Positions 25,424-40,418 of a stretch of DNA of 64,000 bases are shown here, in pieces (position 1 is the stretch's first letter; every line of letters begins with the position of its first letter). This DNA is from Octopus sinensis (taxonomy: Eukaryota): the NCBI RefSeq assembly GCF_006345805.1, contig NC_042998.1, forward strand, positions 15,128,001 to 15,192,000, in the 5' to 3' direction. A program made the position numbers and the translations under genes. Below the pieces are notes generated by a model that was not told the origin of the DNA, did not search any database, and saw only the letters and a program-made list of their open reading frames with translations.

Positions 25424-26740
25424 CGATGGTCAGCTGAAAGTACACAGGCTGACCAAGTTACTCTCATGGAATATAGCCAAATGGGGTTTGTTTTTCAACA
25501 TAACCCTCCTTGTGGTTCACGCATTTCTGCCACTAGAGATCCAGTGTTTGGATCCCTTCGATGAAGAAGCTTTCATCTGGTTGGTCAAGAAAAATCATCA
25601 ATAGGCGCAGGAGTGGCTGTGTGGTAAGTAGCTTGTTTACCAACCACATGGTTCCGGTTTCAGTCCCACTGCGTGGCACCTTGGGCAAGTGTCTTCTACT
25701 ATAGCCTCGGGCCGATCAAAGCCTTGTGAGTGGATTTAGTAGACGGAAACTGAAAGAAGCCCCTCGTATATATGTATATATATATATGTGTGTGTGTTTG
25801 TGTGTCTGTGTTTGTCCCCTTAGCATTGCTTGACAACCGATGCTGGTGTGTTTATGACCCCGTTACTTAGCGGTTCGGGATAAAAGACAGATAGAATAAG
25901 TACTGAGCTTACAAAAGATTAAGTCCCGGGGTCGAGTTGCTCGATTAAAGGCGGTGCTCCAGCATGGCCGCAGTCATGACTGAAACAAGTAAAAGAGTAA
26001 AAGAGTAACAGCAGTTATGACGTCATCATCACTGCGATATTGGTTCTCAGCCAAGTGTTTGTTTTTCATGTTGGAGAACAGAAGGTAGTCAAATAGTTTC
26101 AAATCAAGAGAATGGCGAGGGTGGGTAGCTAGTTCAAATCCATAGTCACTCACAGCAACCATAAAAAGCTTGGATTTGTGCTGGAGTATTGCCCAATGAA
26201 AAAAGACCCCTTTCATCAGTCTTCCAGGGCGTTTAGTCGTGACAGTCTTTCGTAGCTGCCTCAGCAATTTGGCATAGTACTCTCCATTGATGGTGTAGCT
26301 CTTTTGAAGATAGTCAATAAAAACCTATACCTTTTGCATCCCCAAAGCATCACCTTTCCTGCAGTTGAAACGAACCCGACTTTTTTTTGAGCAGGTACGG
26401 TGGGGTTTTCTCACTACATGGATTGTGTCTGTCTCTGGCTCGAAGTGATGAAGCCAACACGCATCCTGAATTAGGAAACTTTCAAAGAAACCAGTTGGAT
26501 CTTCCTCAAACCATGTCAGATTCTCCCAAGATGGGATTAGACTGGTGCGCTTCTGATCAGATGTCAGAAGACCCATCGAGCAGAAACCTTCGCCATGTCA
26601 AGTTTATTGTGCAAATATTTTCTCCTCTCTGAAGGGATGTGCTAATAGTTTTATCCGATCTTGTCAATGGCGTGTACTGACATGCATAGACGAGTTCATT
26701 ATCTCCAATATATAGGAAACAGTGAATAATACGTTCACTG
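25424..26740 (-). mobile_element. Degenerate mariner transposon, split by an F2 SINE at 25601-26010
   Basis: LTSDQKRT..DACWLHHFEPET; LRQLRK..KRPGRLMKGV; HPRHSLDL..DYLLFSNMK; C-terminus WQKCVNHKEGYVEK at ~25480-25600; TA-CGATGGTCAGCTGAAAG terminus. Confidence 0.85.
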
Positions 26741-26760
26741 GTATTGTCAATAGTTGCCAG

Positions 26761-26988
26761 GAAGGCGGCGAGCTGGCAGAAACGTTAGCACGCCGGGCGA
26801 AATGCTTAGCGGTATTTTGTCTGCCGTCACGTTCTGAGTTCAAATTCCGCCGAGGTCGACTTTAGCCTTTCATCCTTTCGGGATCGATTAAATAAGTACC
26901 AGTTACGCACTGGGGTCGATGTAATCGACTTAATCTGTCGTTGTTTGTCCTCTCTGTGTTTAGCCCCTTTTGGGTAGTAAATAAATAT
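26761..26988 (+). mobile_element. SINE F1, full length, with 20-bp TSD
   Basis: TSD GTATTGTCAATAGTTGCCAG at 26741-26760 and 26989-27008. Confidence 0.92.
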
Positions 26989-27369
26989 GTATTGTCAATA
27001 GTTGCCAGCCCATGCAATTGAAGTAATAGTAAATTAAAATAGTCATTTATATGTCTTACATAATAAATATACAATTTTGAAAGGGCAAGATCCTGCGGTT
27101 TTCGCCCGAAGCAAATCTCTTATAGACGTGTTACATTAAAAAATAATATTTCGGAGGAGGATTAAATTCACCCCGGCAGTGATTAGCGAAAACAACTTCT
27201 ACATTTCAATTATCTTCAACTTTCTCTGTGACGTGTACTCAACTAGTCTTTAACTGAACGCCAATCACCACGAGCATTTCGCCTGCTTCACAAACAGTTA
27301 ATCAACTATTTTACGGCTAACAGTCTGGCGATCTCTATTAATGTCAAACAGTAAATTATAAATTCCTTA

Positions 27370-27763
27370 TCTTTATATATAAAAGTGAAGTTGTGTGTCT
27401 GTCTCCTACGATTTAGATTCCTAACTACTCCCACATTTTGCGGTGCAGTTTAACCAAAACCGGGTATCTTATAGTCGTGATTCATATTGAGCCCTTCTGG
27501 GTATTAGCGCGCGTCTACGATGAGTCTACGATTAATAAAAAAATTTACCATCATTTTTTCCATTTTAATGCATTTTTTCGCTATTATATAATGGAAGTAA
27601 CTCTCTAAAAATATCTACGATGAGTCAACGATTAAAAAAAATTTACCATAATTTGTTTTTCATTTTCAATGCATTTTTTGCTATTTTTTGGCTATAACTC
27701 TCTAAAAATGCTTATATAGTTATTTCCCTTACAAACCAGAGCAACGCCGGGCGATACTGCTAG
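27370..27763 (+). mobile_element. Non-autonomous Helitron (394 bp)
   Basis: A|TC start; subterminal CCAGAGCAACGCCGGG hairpin; CTAG|T end; no TSD; same family as 47806-48202. Confidence 0.85.
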
Positions 27764-29039
27764 TATATTATATATGGATTTAACTACCGAATTTCATTAA
27801 TATGAGCAAAAATTTTTTGTTGTGCGATTTTGTTTTCTTTTCCTGCGATAATAGTTTGTACACCCAACGTGGTTATTACTATATTATTTTCGGCGACTAC
27901 AATTCGCTGAAAACATGGTTTTAATTAAAGTGCATATTGGGTTGATTATAAATCACATATGTACGAGAACTAGCGGGTACTGTTTCCCGTACCGGTTCTA
28001 AAGCCGGATGACAATATTCTTTTAGAGGTATTGTGACGCCAGAAGATATTTAAACAGTATACAATACTTATGGTTTAAACGTATAGGTCCTGTGATGACG
28101 TGACAAAATCACTATAATTTGGTTATATCAGTCCTCACCCTCTATAGTAATTTCTGTAAAAAATGTAACACAAGAGACACTAGTCTATGCAAGATGTATT
28201 TTGTAAAATACGGACATGTTGAAAAGTGTCTCGCTTCTGGTATTTATACAGCCGCTGGAAGTTTTGTAAAAGATACATATATTTTTCAAGCGAGCATACG
28301 GAATAACTATTCTCCCTTTAATATAAGGTGTGGTCTTAGAAGGTTCTTCCATTTTTCGTTACAATGCTGATGTTCTCGTTTTCAAGCCTCCAGCTAAATA
28401 TGGAAGGCAGTGTGCTTACGGTTATCTACACATAATTTTCAGCTATTTTCTGTTGTACATAATAGCAATGAAACGTAGTACTATTGCCGCATCAATAATG
28501 TATTAGCTGAACCAGTTGCCAAGAATGCGTTACACATGCAAATTGTTCTATTCGATTTATGTAAGCAGTTAACGGCGAATTTATAAACAACATCTCTCCA
28601 GACAGTGAAAGAAGAGACCCTGTCACCGATGAAATTTCAGTAAAAGGATTGAAACATATTCGGTTGAAATTAGACGCTGGAATCATTTATGTACAAAGAT
28701 TTGAGAGAAAAAAAAGGGCATGAGACATTCAACGAATAACAGGACTTAGGGATTTTCTACATTTCTTAAACGAGGAAAGCGTTTATTTTTCCATATAAAT
28801 GCAAATATATTACATACAAAATGCGCATGCAAGTAGTTACATATTGAAATAGAGAAATGATGCAAAAGATGCAACTGACGTAGTAGTGATAGGTATACCT
28901 ACACAATACATCGAAACTGAATTGCATGAAACATGTTCACCTGAGCACAACTGGTGAGATGTACGCACAATATATAGAGTTACTCACTTACGATCTAACA
29001 CATTATGAATTCACACCTCCTTACTGAAACACTCACGAA

Positions 29040-29209
29040 CATACATATACATACGTACTTGCGTTATATACATACCTGGGTATAAGTGTGTGCGTAATTA
29101 CTGATCTATGTACGTACATATATATATATATACAGGTATCTTGTGTGTGTATATATATATATATTATATATATACGTATGTATCTTGTGTATATCTGATA
29201 TTATATATG

Positions 29210-29252
<43 letters not shown>

Positions 29253-29317
29253 TAAATACTTGCATTATATACATACGTGGGGATAAGTGTGTGCGTAAAT
29301 ACTGATCTATGTACGTA

Positions 29318-29372
<55 letters not shown>

Positions 29373-29468
29373 GTATCTTGTGTATATATATATATATATA
29401 TAATATATATATATATATAATATACGTATGTATCGTGGTATATCTGATATATTATATGAATATATATA

Positions 29469-29523
<55 letters not shown>

Positions 29524-30036
29524 GTATCTTGTATATATATATATATGTATCTAGTGTATATGGCATAATATATGTATGTATTAAATATACATATATCACG
29601 TACATGCATGCGTAAGTATATGTATATAAATGTAGGGAGAATGTGTGTGTGTGTGTGAGTGTATGCGAGTATGAATATATGTGTGCGTCTGAGCGTAAGT
29701 GCGTTAATGTGTGTGCTTGAGCACATGTTCGGTACAGATAAAGGCGACTGGAGAATTAGTTGCGAATGTAGAACACAAAAAACTATTCGTAGCGATAGAA
29801 TAAAATTGATGTAAATACGTACGAACAAAAGCTTACGCACACACAAGCACAAACACACACACATACACAACACACAACATACACACACATACAAACACAC
29901 AAACACATACACGAATATACATATATGTAAATATTATATATATATATAATACATATACTATATGTATATATATATACATATATATATATATGTATATTAT
30001 GTATATATATGTATATATTATTATATGAATATGCAC

Positions 30037-30094
<58 letters not shown>

Positions 30095-30321
30095 TATACA
30101 TATATATATATATAGTTGTATATATGTATATGTGATATATATATGTATGTATATATAATTATATGAATATGCACATATATATGTAATATATACACAATAT
30201 ATACGGTAATAGATATATGCTACGTATATTGATAAATATAACTATATGTATATATACAAGCATGTATATATCTGTATGTCTGCGTGTATATACACATATG
30301 TATTTATACACACGACACACA

Positions 30322-30373
<52 letters not shown>

Positions 30374-30408
30374 TATATATAATATGTATACATATGTATG
30401 TAAGTATC

Positions 30409-30469
<61 letters not shown>

Positions 30470-31127
30470 AGTATTTATGTCTGTACGTATAAATAATTAC
30501 AACTAAGTCTTTGTAAGGAGGAAGGCATTAACACGCTGGAGACTGAATGGCTTCTAATCTTTTTCTCAAAATACTTACATACAAATATTGGCATCACATT
30601 GGCTCATACACAGGTAGAAACACACTTGCATGTGTTCACGTATACATGTTAGCACGCGAACATCGTGATCGCTGCAGAGGCAGAACTACAAGCATACATA
30701 CATACATATGTATTTTGATATAGAGACACACCCACAAGGATATACAACCATATATATATATAATATATATATACATAAATATACATTAAATACATTTATG
30801 CATTTACATTTATATATATAAATAGATAGCTGCATACATATTATACATACACACATGAATATGTATATATGTATATATACACACACATACATATATATAT
30901 ATATGCGTATATGTGCATACATGCATATTATATACATACATACACACATACATGCACATATATATTATATATACATAATACATATATATATTGCATATAT
31001 ATATGGATTATATATATATGTATGTATATATCTATATATGTATATATATATATTATTATATATATAATATACTATACATATATATATGGATATATATATG
31101 AATGTATATATATGTATACATACATAC

Positions 31128-31170
<43 letters not shown>

Positions 31171-31836
31171 TGTAAATATATCCTTATACATTAAGTGTTC
31201 ATAAATGTATATAAAATATGTATGCATGTGTGGCGTGTTTGTGGGTGTACGTTATACATACATACATGCATATTCACGTACACACATACACACATATATA
31301 TTTATATTTATAGATATATATATATATATATACACACACACAAGCATATATATGATTTATTTGTACATATATATTCATGCACATACGCACATACACACGA
31401 ATATAATCGTGAACAAAGCAACAAAAACAAGTGTAAAGAGAAATAACACACACTCAAGAACATAGAAACACACACACATATATACACACGCACACACATA
31501 CACACAAAGATAGAGAAGCGAAATAAAACATAACAGTCAGAAATGCTAACAAGAACGACGCAAATAACATAAATCTGTTACTATATTTTATAGGGTTTCG
31601 CATCTACAGGCATCGACTCGCACAGTAAATTTCCTGAGTTGTAAACGAATATGTTGCTTATCACCGGATTATAGTTGTGGTACTGCACACACACACACAC
31701 ACACACACCGACAACACACACACAAGCAGATACACCCACACACAAGCATATACACGCAGTCACTCAAAAACTTCACCCATCTCGATCATTTATAGATATA
31801 TATATATATTATATAGGTATATTATATATATATAGG

Positions 31837-31867
<31 letters not shown>

Positions 31868-31898
31868 TATATAGGTATTATATATATATATATTATAT

Positions 31899-31937
<39 letters not shown>

Positions 31938-32480
31938 GTATATTTTGAGATATAGAAATGCGTGTGAATAGCTATGTAAGTATGTTGTATATAGCTGCAT
32001 TTGCATGAGTGTGTATGTCTGTATACATCTCTATGTGTGCGTGTGTGTATTCGTATGCATGTGTATGTATATACTTGCATTTGCACATGTACTTGTGCAT
32101 ATTAAATACACTATATACATATGTATATATGCATATGTATATATACATATATACTTGCATGCATACATATATATATATATCGATATAATCTATATATATA
32201 TATATATAACACATGTATGATATAAAATATATATATATATATTATATCTAGTATTATATATAATACATATATATAAAAATATATACATATACATACATAC
32301 ATATATATATATATAACATATACATACACACATATATACACAGGCATACATCTATATACATACATACATACATAATATATATATATGAATATATATACAC
32401 ACTCTTAAACATGCACAGGTTAGCTTTATATATTTATTACTATATAAACTTATGTGGAACTTATGTGTATCTATATATAT
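29040..32480. repeat. Extended (TA)/(CA)/(TG) low-complexity tract with a ~200-bp locally duplicated unit at 29080-29520
   Basis: Direct inspection. Confidence 0.9.
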
Positions 32481-33479
32481 TAATGTATATACACAATCCC
32501 TAACATACGTAGACGCACATGAGCAATATAACAGAAAGATTGAAAGAGGAACGAAAAAATCTGAGAGGCAGAGAGAGTGAGAGAGAGCAAGAGAGGGAGA
32601 GAGGGAGAGAGAGAAAGAGCGAAAGGGTTTGTAAGTATGAGCGTTTGAGTGAGAGGAAAGAAGAGAGATCGAGGGATGGGGGAAGTGTGAGAGGGGAATA
32701 AGAGACAGAAAAAGTGGTAAATAGAATGTGAGTGATTCGAAAAATCTGCTCGGAGATGTTGCACAAAATCCAAGTGATTCTTTACTGATATAACATCATT
32801 ATAAAAGAATCATGAAATAAATAGATATACGTATGAATACTCAAATAAATAGATTAATGAATGAAAATAAAATGATAAAGAAGTGTCCAATAGAAAAACC
32901 TGAAGAATACTATATAAATAAAAATACAGAATGAGAGAAAAAAAGGGCTGAAATAAATCGAAAAACTATAAATACGAAGTACAAACGTACCAAAGAGAAC
33001 ATGACGAACACAGTAAACTATTTCATTTCAAACAAATAAATTAACTTATATTATATATATACAAGTAAACAACAGACATTTGTTAAACTGCAGTAACAAC
33101 GATTACGTAAATGACAACGATACAGCGGTAGTGGTGAATAGAGAGGATTAAGTAATGAGGATAATAATGACGAAACCGCAGTAAATTCTTCCACGATTGG
33201 CCACATTGCGTAATATTAAAAAACATGTTGATACTGCTGCGTTGTTCACTATTTACATATTGCGGAGTCTCATTCTCAGCAACATTATCGCAGTTTCGAG
33301 TTTAGTACCACATCGTGGTAGCTTGCGTTGGTATATATAACTATGGCGTTTAGGCCAGCAATGTCCTTATCCATCAGTTTGGTATCGGAAATAGCGTGGA
33401 AGATTATCATGCACGTATGTATGTATGTATGTATGTATGTATGTATGTATGTATGTATGTATGTATGTATGTATGTATG

Positions 33480-33850
33480 TATGGAAAAAAAGACGAAGAC
33501 AGGAGGTGTAGACAACAAACAGATGTATTATTATAACGCTCGGGAATTGAAAAAGTCTTTAACGTTTCGAGCCTACGCTCTTCCACAGAAAGGAACACAG
33601 AAAGAAACAGGGAGAGAAAATAAAGAATGTGTAGTGGCTAGCGATCTATCATGGCGTATGTATGTTTGTATGTATGTAAAAAAAGGACGAAGACAGGAGG
33701 TGTAGACAACAAACAGATGTATTAGTATAACGCTCGGGAAGTAAGAAAGCCTTTAACATTTCGAGCCTACGCTCTTCAACAGAAACGAACACAGAAAGAA
33801 ACAGGGAGAGAAAATAAAGAATGTATAGTGGCTAGCGATCTATCATGGCG
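33480..33850 (-). mobile_element. Tandem dimer (~195 bp period) of Penelope-end-like family D within (GTAT)n
   Basis: Variant minimal HHRs at 33557-33592 (CUGUGGA) and 33751-33786 (CUGUUGA). Confidence 0.65.
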
Positions 33851-33869
33851 AATGTATGTATGTATGTCA

Positions 33870-34390
33870 TTCAGTTTTATTTCAAGATTTCTTGCAAATA
33901 TAAGAAAGGGTCGGGTTTTAACCTAGATCCAAGGCTCCTTCACTGGAATTTCAACAACATTGACAAGGTATTTTTGTATGTATGTATGTATGTATGTATG
34001 TATGTATGTATGTATTTATGTACGTATGTATGTATACATACAGTTTTGTATATTTTGTTTTATGTATGTCTTCTCATGCATATACTTGCATATATAGACA
34101 AGCTCATATATACTTAAATCATAAAATCTGGAAAGTTTTACAAATTTTTACAATTCCAGTGGTAGATTAGATCCGTAGTCTTCAAATCAGTTTTCTCTTT
34201 CCTGGTTTTGTGAAGCCTAATTTCTCAAGATAGCTACTTAGCAATGTGTTAATTACACGGGTGTTCCAATAATTATAAGTATAAATCTGTGCTTGTATTC
34301 TGGAGAGAGTAACTGTAGATTTCTCAATAGTTCAGCGTGGATATTTTCTTTTTCGCTGATCAATAGCTCTATGTTAACATCTGTGAGAAG
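33870..34390 (-). mobile_element. 3' end of a third REL-type (Dong/R4-like) LINE family
   Basis: DVNIELLISEKENIHAELLRNLQLLSPEYKHRFILIIIG...LEKLGF...TGIVKICKTF. Confidence 0.65.
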
Positions 34391-34859
34391 TGTGTATATA
34401 TGTATGTATGTATGTATGTGTTGTATGTATGTATGTATGTATGTATGTATGTATGTATGTATGTATGTATGTATGTATGAAGCCCAGTTACAACTACAGC
34501 CGGCTATTACCAGTAAAGGTTTTACTGCCAATTTGTACAAGACATGTAGATCTTTAGCTGGGCTAAAAGTCACATTCGATCACAGCCAGTAACAGTTAAG
34601 CTTCATGCAATGGCCATACTCGATAACGAGGGGGTAGCCATAGTGTATGTATGTATGTATGTATGTATGTATGTATGTATGTATGTATGCAACTTTTAAT
34701 CATGTATACTTACGTATATTTATAAGTAAGTTTCTACCTATTTATCCAGCTATCCATTTATCTTCGTATGTGCCCGTGTCTTCATGTTTATGAGTACCCC
34801 AACAAGCCATTTGACAAATGGTGTTGGCGTATGTACGTCTCTGTAATCTAGCGTGCTAA

Positions 34860-35095
34860 AGATTCTTATTCTTATTGCCACAAGGGGCTAAACATAGAGG
34901 GGACAAACAAGGACAGACAAAGTTACTAAGTCGATTACATCGACCCCAGTGCTCAACTGGTACTTTATTTATCGACCCCGAAAGGATGAAAGGCTAAGTC
35001 GACCTCGGGGGATTTTGAACTCAGAACGTAACAGCAGACGAAATACCGCAAAGCATTTCGCCCGGCGTGCTAACGATTCTACCAGCTCGCCGCCT

Positions 35096-35097
<2 letters not shown>
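34860..35097 (-). mobile_element. SINE F1
   Basis: Full head and tail1. Confidence 0.85.
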
Positions 35098-35145
<48 letters not shown>

Positions 35146-35862
35146 TTAATAGTAGTAGTAGAAGTAGTAACAACAACAACAACAGCAATAATAATAATAA
35201 CAATAATAATAATGGCGATGATAATAATAATTTATAGTGTAAGTACAAGTCCTGAAATTTGAAGGGAGACGATTGTTGATAACGTCAACGCATGTACTTG
35301 ACTAGAAATGTCGACCCGCAAGATTAAAAGGCAGATATGACGACACTGTGATTTGAACTCAGTACGTAAAGAGACAAAACAAATACAGCTAAGCATTTTG
35401 CTCGATGGTCTGACTTGCCGCCTTAATCACAAGAACAAGAGCAAGAACAAGAATAACATTATTATTGTCGTCATTGTTAGGCTATTTTTGTTTGTTGATA
35501 AACCAACGAAGCATAAAAGCGAAATTACGTGAGCATTTTAGCAAATCTGCCGCTCTTCTTTCGCTCTTTACCTCTCGTCTCTCCTCTTAGTCTCTCTAGA
35601 ATTTCATCCAGTCTCTCTCTCTCTTATTTTTCTCCCTGTATTCTGAAGCTTACAGGCAATTAGTGCACATTTAATTTACAAAAAAAAAAAAAAATAATAA
35701 TATTTCATTTTTAATTGATAACCATTCTGCCACTTCTTCAAGATAGGGATTGCGATAATATGGTGTGCTAGAATAATTGAATCGGTAATGTTAGCTGTGG
35801 TGGGAATGGTGAGGATGCTGAGGTCGATTTTCATGGTGTTGGTAGCGGTGTGGATGACGGTG

Positions 35863-35896
<34 letters not shown>

Positions 35897-36817
35897 CGAC
35901 GGCCACGGTGGCGATGATATAGACAATGGCAACAACAATGATGTCGATGATAATAATGATGACAATGATGAGGATAATGGTGATGCTGGGAGATATCATA
36001 GATCGCTAAAGATATTGGTAACACCGTTGTTATCGACGGTGTTATAGGTATTGTTGCAAACAAAGAATAATCATAATTAGGGCAAAATAATGAACATTGT
36101 TAGCTGAGATAATAAGTTGATAGGAGACTGTGTGTCGTGACCGAATAGATTCCTTTTTAATATAAATAATAACCCAATAAAGCTAAATGTGTATAGTTAT
36201 AATACAGAAGGTTCTACATTGAGAAACGCACACATACATGCATATATACCCTAAAAGAAGTTCTATGCGGCAATCCAAGTTAAAATGGCTGAATGATTTT
36301 ATTTTGAATTTATTTGAGATTTCGAACTTCTGGGGGCGAATTTTATGGAATAAAGAATATGCCTAGGGCATGTTTATTAAAGCAATTTCCATCTTATTCG
36401 GCATATGGATTGAATCTGTAAACGCTGTACCGTTGGAAGGAATTGTGTGGCTGTATTTGTATTTGTTTGCAGATAATTAGAGAAGGCGCGTGACTTGGTG
36501 GTTAAGATATTCAGCTCACGATTGCAAGGTCGTGAGATCGAAAGCCGGCGACGCGTTGTGTCCTCGAGCAAGAAACTGAATTTCACGATTCTCCACTTCA
36601 CTCAGCTGGCAGAGATGAGTAGTGCCTGAATTTCAAAGGGCCAGCCATGTCACATTCTGTGGCACACTGAGTCTCTCTAAGAACTACGTTAAGAGTACGC
36701 GTGTCTGTGGAATACTCAGCCAGTTGCACGTTAATTTCAAGAGCACGCGGTTCCGTTGATTGGATCGACTGAAACACTCTCCGTCGTAAGCAATGGAGTG
36801 CCAGTTTTGTTGTTGTA

Positions 36818-37371
36818 TTTGGTTGTCTGGAAAGTTCGTACCGATTTTTAAGGAAAGAAAAACGTCAATAAATACTTGCCATTACATTTATAATCAACCA
36901 AATATGAACCATTTTGTTGCACAATGCGTCTCCATCTTTCTTTTAACTTGAAAATACCCTCTTCCCAGAATTGAGGTGGTTTCATGGCAAAGAATTCATC
37001 AAGGTATCTTTTTACGTCATCCAAGGAATTGGAATTTTTACTATTAAGACTATTCTGCAGAGACCTGAATAAGAGGAGCAATATCTGGTGAATATGGAGG
37101 GTGGGGTAACACATCCCAGCCGAGCTGCAGCAATTTTCGTCTGGTTCCTAAAGCATCAAATGTCGAAAATGAACTTTCTTGTCTTCCATTTTAAAGGGTT
37201 ACAGAATTAACACAGATTATAGGAACATAAACCTTCTACTACGAAAAGATAGTTTAAACTGTGCTCTAAATTGAGGTATAGTCAAATCCTATTTCATAGA
37301 CTCAACCATGTTCTAAAATAAGTCGAAATGTAAGCTACTATAAATCGGCACGAACTTACCGGAGAACTCAA
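36818..37371 (-). mobile_element. Internally deleted mariner (554 bp) with both TIRs
   Basis: MEDKKVHFRHLML joined directly to ...LGWDVLPHPPYSPDIAP; C-terminus EGIFKLKERWRRIVQQNGSYL; imperfect 26-bp TIRs; TA on both sides. Confidence 0.9.
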
Positions 37372-38071
37372 TAGATAAAATCGTTAAAAATTAAATGAGC
37401 AAAGGGAAATAACTCGAATGAACCAATGACGTGATTTGGTTCATTATGTTAAATGGTATGTTTCACCGTCTCTTCTGTTATGTGTTGTAATGTAAGTTAA
37501 CATATAGGGCGTATATAAAATACTTTTTTTGTACTTCGTAATTCTAGAATGTCTATTGATTTGGTATATTCTATTCTGCTATCTGTTAGCATTACTAGTT
37601 ATTCTCTTTTAAGTATTATTCGTTTTAATGCCCGGAGTCTTTTATTCTGCGTCTCAAGATACGAAACAATTGAACATATTAGATAAATCAGTACAGTTGC
37701 CTTTGTATGCTTTGAATGGTATGAAGTAAATAGTAAATAGCGTTTAGTGTCTGTCGGTTTCTGGTGGATGTCGATTTCAGTGTTTGTGTGTGTGTGTCTC
37801 TCTCTCTCTCTCTCTCTCTCTGACGATTAAAATAGCCAGGAAGGTTTACTCTCTTTTACTCTTTTACTTGTTTCAGTCATTTGGCTGCGGCCATGCTGGA
37901 GCACCGCCTTTAGTCGAGAAAATCGACCCCGGGACTTATTCTTTAGTAAGCCCAGTACTTATTCTATCGGTCTCTTTGCCGAAACGCTAAGTGACGGGGG
38001 CGTAACACACACCAGCATCGGTTGTCAAGCAATGTTGGGGAGACAAACACAGACACAGAAACACACACACC

Positions 38072-38171
38072 NNNNNNNNNNNNNNNNNNNNNNNNNNNNN
38101 NNNNNNNNNNNNNNNNNNNNNNNNNNNNNNNNNNNNNNNNNNNNNNNNNNNNNNNNNNNNNNNNNNNNNNN
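38072..38171. other. Assembly gap (100 N)
   Basis: N run lying between two partial F2 SINE copies. Confidence 1.
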
Positions 38172-39029
38172 TTAATTTCCCTCCCCACTCAAGGACGATA
38201 CTCTTTTAATATTTTACTTGTTTCTATCACTTGACTGCGGCCATGCTGGAGCACTGCCTTTAGCCGAGCAAATCGAACCCAGGATTTAGTCTTTGTAGGC
38301 CAAGTACTTATTTTGCCGGTCACTTTTGCTGAACTGCTATGTTACGGGGACGTAAACACTCCAGCATCGGTTGTCAAGCGAAGTTGGTGGTGGTAGCTGG
38401 GAGGAGACAAACACAGACGCACAAACATATATACCCACACACATATCTAACTATATATATATATGTATATGACGAGCTTCTTTCAGTTTCCGTTTACCAA
38501 ATTCACTCACAACGCGTTGGTCGGCCCGAGGCTATAGTAGAAGATACTTGCCCAAGTTGTCACGCTGTGGGACTGAACCCGCAACCATGTGATTGGTAAG
38601 CAAGCTACTTTATTTCAAAAATTTTGCCATAAAGGCATGATACACAGTAGTTTGCGGGCTGGACAGAAACATTGATGAGATGAATAATGAAATAAAATTA
38701 TATTAATGGGAGAAGACAAAAAACGCCTGCCGATTTTTTGCTTCTCTAAAACATTATTTTTTTACACAAAAAATCAAACCGAGGTATTGAACCTCTTCCA
38801 TTTTACAATTTTTGGACTTAATAATCCATTTACAAATTGAGGAGCTGAGCCTCTTACACACTTAAACTTTATAACACTGAGGCTTTTCAACCTCTTGTCA
38901 ATTTTCCTCCCCAACATCGCTTGTGCCCGTATACTCAGCTGAACACTGAGTGTTGAGGCAATCGAAACACCTCTACCTCACCCAAGCTGCCCTTGTGGGA
39001 AAAGTTTGAAATAATAACTACAATAATAA

Positions 39030-39320
39030 TTTTTTTCTTTTAATTTGAATGTTTGTTACAATCACTTGCCGAGACAAACTCAGCGCCCTGGATGAGTGAA
39101 GGACAAGAGATGTTACAATTTGAATGAAGGCTTGGGGAGGGATTTTTCTAAGGATGTGGGCAGTACTTGGAAACACAATGCTATGGATTTCCCTGAGACA
39201 TGGTTACCCTGAGATCTTATTAGATGTTACCGACATCCCTTTTTTTATCATACCTAAGGCACCTAAAATGACAGGATCAGTTCTCTATTTAAGATGTCAC
39301 ATCTTTTGTATTTCAATTTC

Positions 39321-39325
<5 letters not shown>
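39030..39325 (-). mobile_element. Degenerate Dong/R4 3' fragment
   Basis: EIEIQKM..PVILGALGMIKKG..STAHILRK; ATT repeats on both sides. Confidence 0.7.
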
Positions 39326-39378
<53 letters not shown>

Positions 39379-40023
39379 GAGGCATCGAGCTTGCAGAATG
39401 GTTAGCGCGCTGGAAGAAATGCTTGGCAGTATTTCGCCCGTTGCTAAGTTCTGAGTTCAAATCCAGCCGAGGTAGACTTTGCCTTTCATCTTTTCGGGAT
39501 CGATAAATTAAGTACCAGTTGAGTACTAGGTGTCGATGTAATCGACTATCCGTCTCCCTTAAATGTGAGGCCTTATATACATATATACGACGGGCTTCTT
39601 TCTGTTTCCGTCTACCAAATCCACTCACAAGGCTTTGGTCGGCCCGAGGCTATACTAGAATACACTTGCCCAAGGTGAACCCAGAACCATGTGGTTGGTA
39701 AGCAAGCTACTTATCACACAGCCACTCCTGCGCCTATTATATTATTAATATCAACATAATCATCAATCTTGTCACCAGGGTCGTGGTCGTAATAGTTGAT
39801 GTCCTCGCCGTTAACGTCATCATGACAGTACATTCTAAAACAAACAGAAAAAAGAAATAGTACGGTAGCAAAAGATTCCCGGTGTTCCGTGACAATCCTC
39901 CAAATGTCACACGAGACAAGCCTTCCAGTCACAATGCAATCGATTCATTATGTTGACCAGCAAATGATTGGAGCGGATACTGCTAGTGTAATGCGTGGAT
40001 ACTTATTTCAACACACGCACGCG

Positions 40024-40054
<31 letters not shown>

Positions 40055-40387
40055 GCGCACATTTGCACAAATATATACGCAGTACGTGCGTTTAGAATTT
40101 AAATAGATATATACACAGGTTGACTCACACATATGCAGACTGACATATATATATATTATATATATATATATATATCATATATATATATATATATATACAT
40201 ACACACACATATATATATATATAATACATATATATATATATAATACATATATATATATATATAATACATACATATATACATATATATATAATATATATAT
40301 ATATACATACATACATATATATATACATACATTATATATATATATACATACATATATATATAATACATATATATATAAATACCTATA

Positions 40388-40418
<31 letters not shown>

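Noticed and set aside
29080-29520. Locally duplicated ~200-bp TA-rich unit
   Set aside because: Consistent with slippage or assembly in low-complexity DNA; no further structure.
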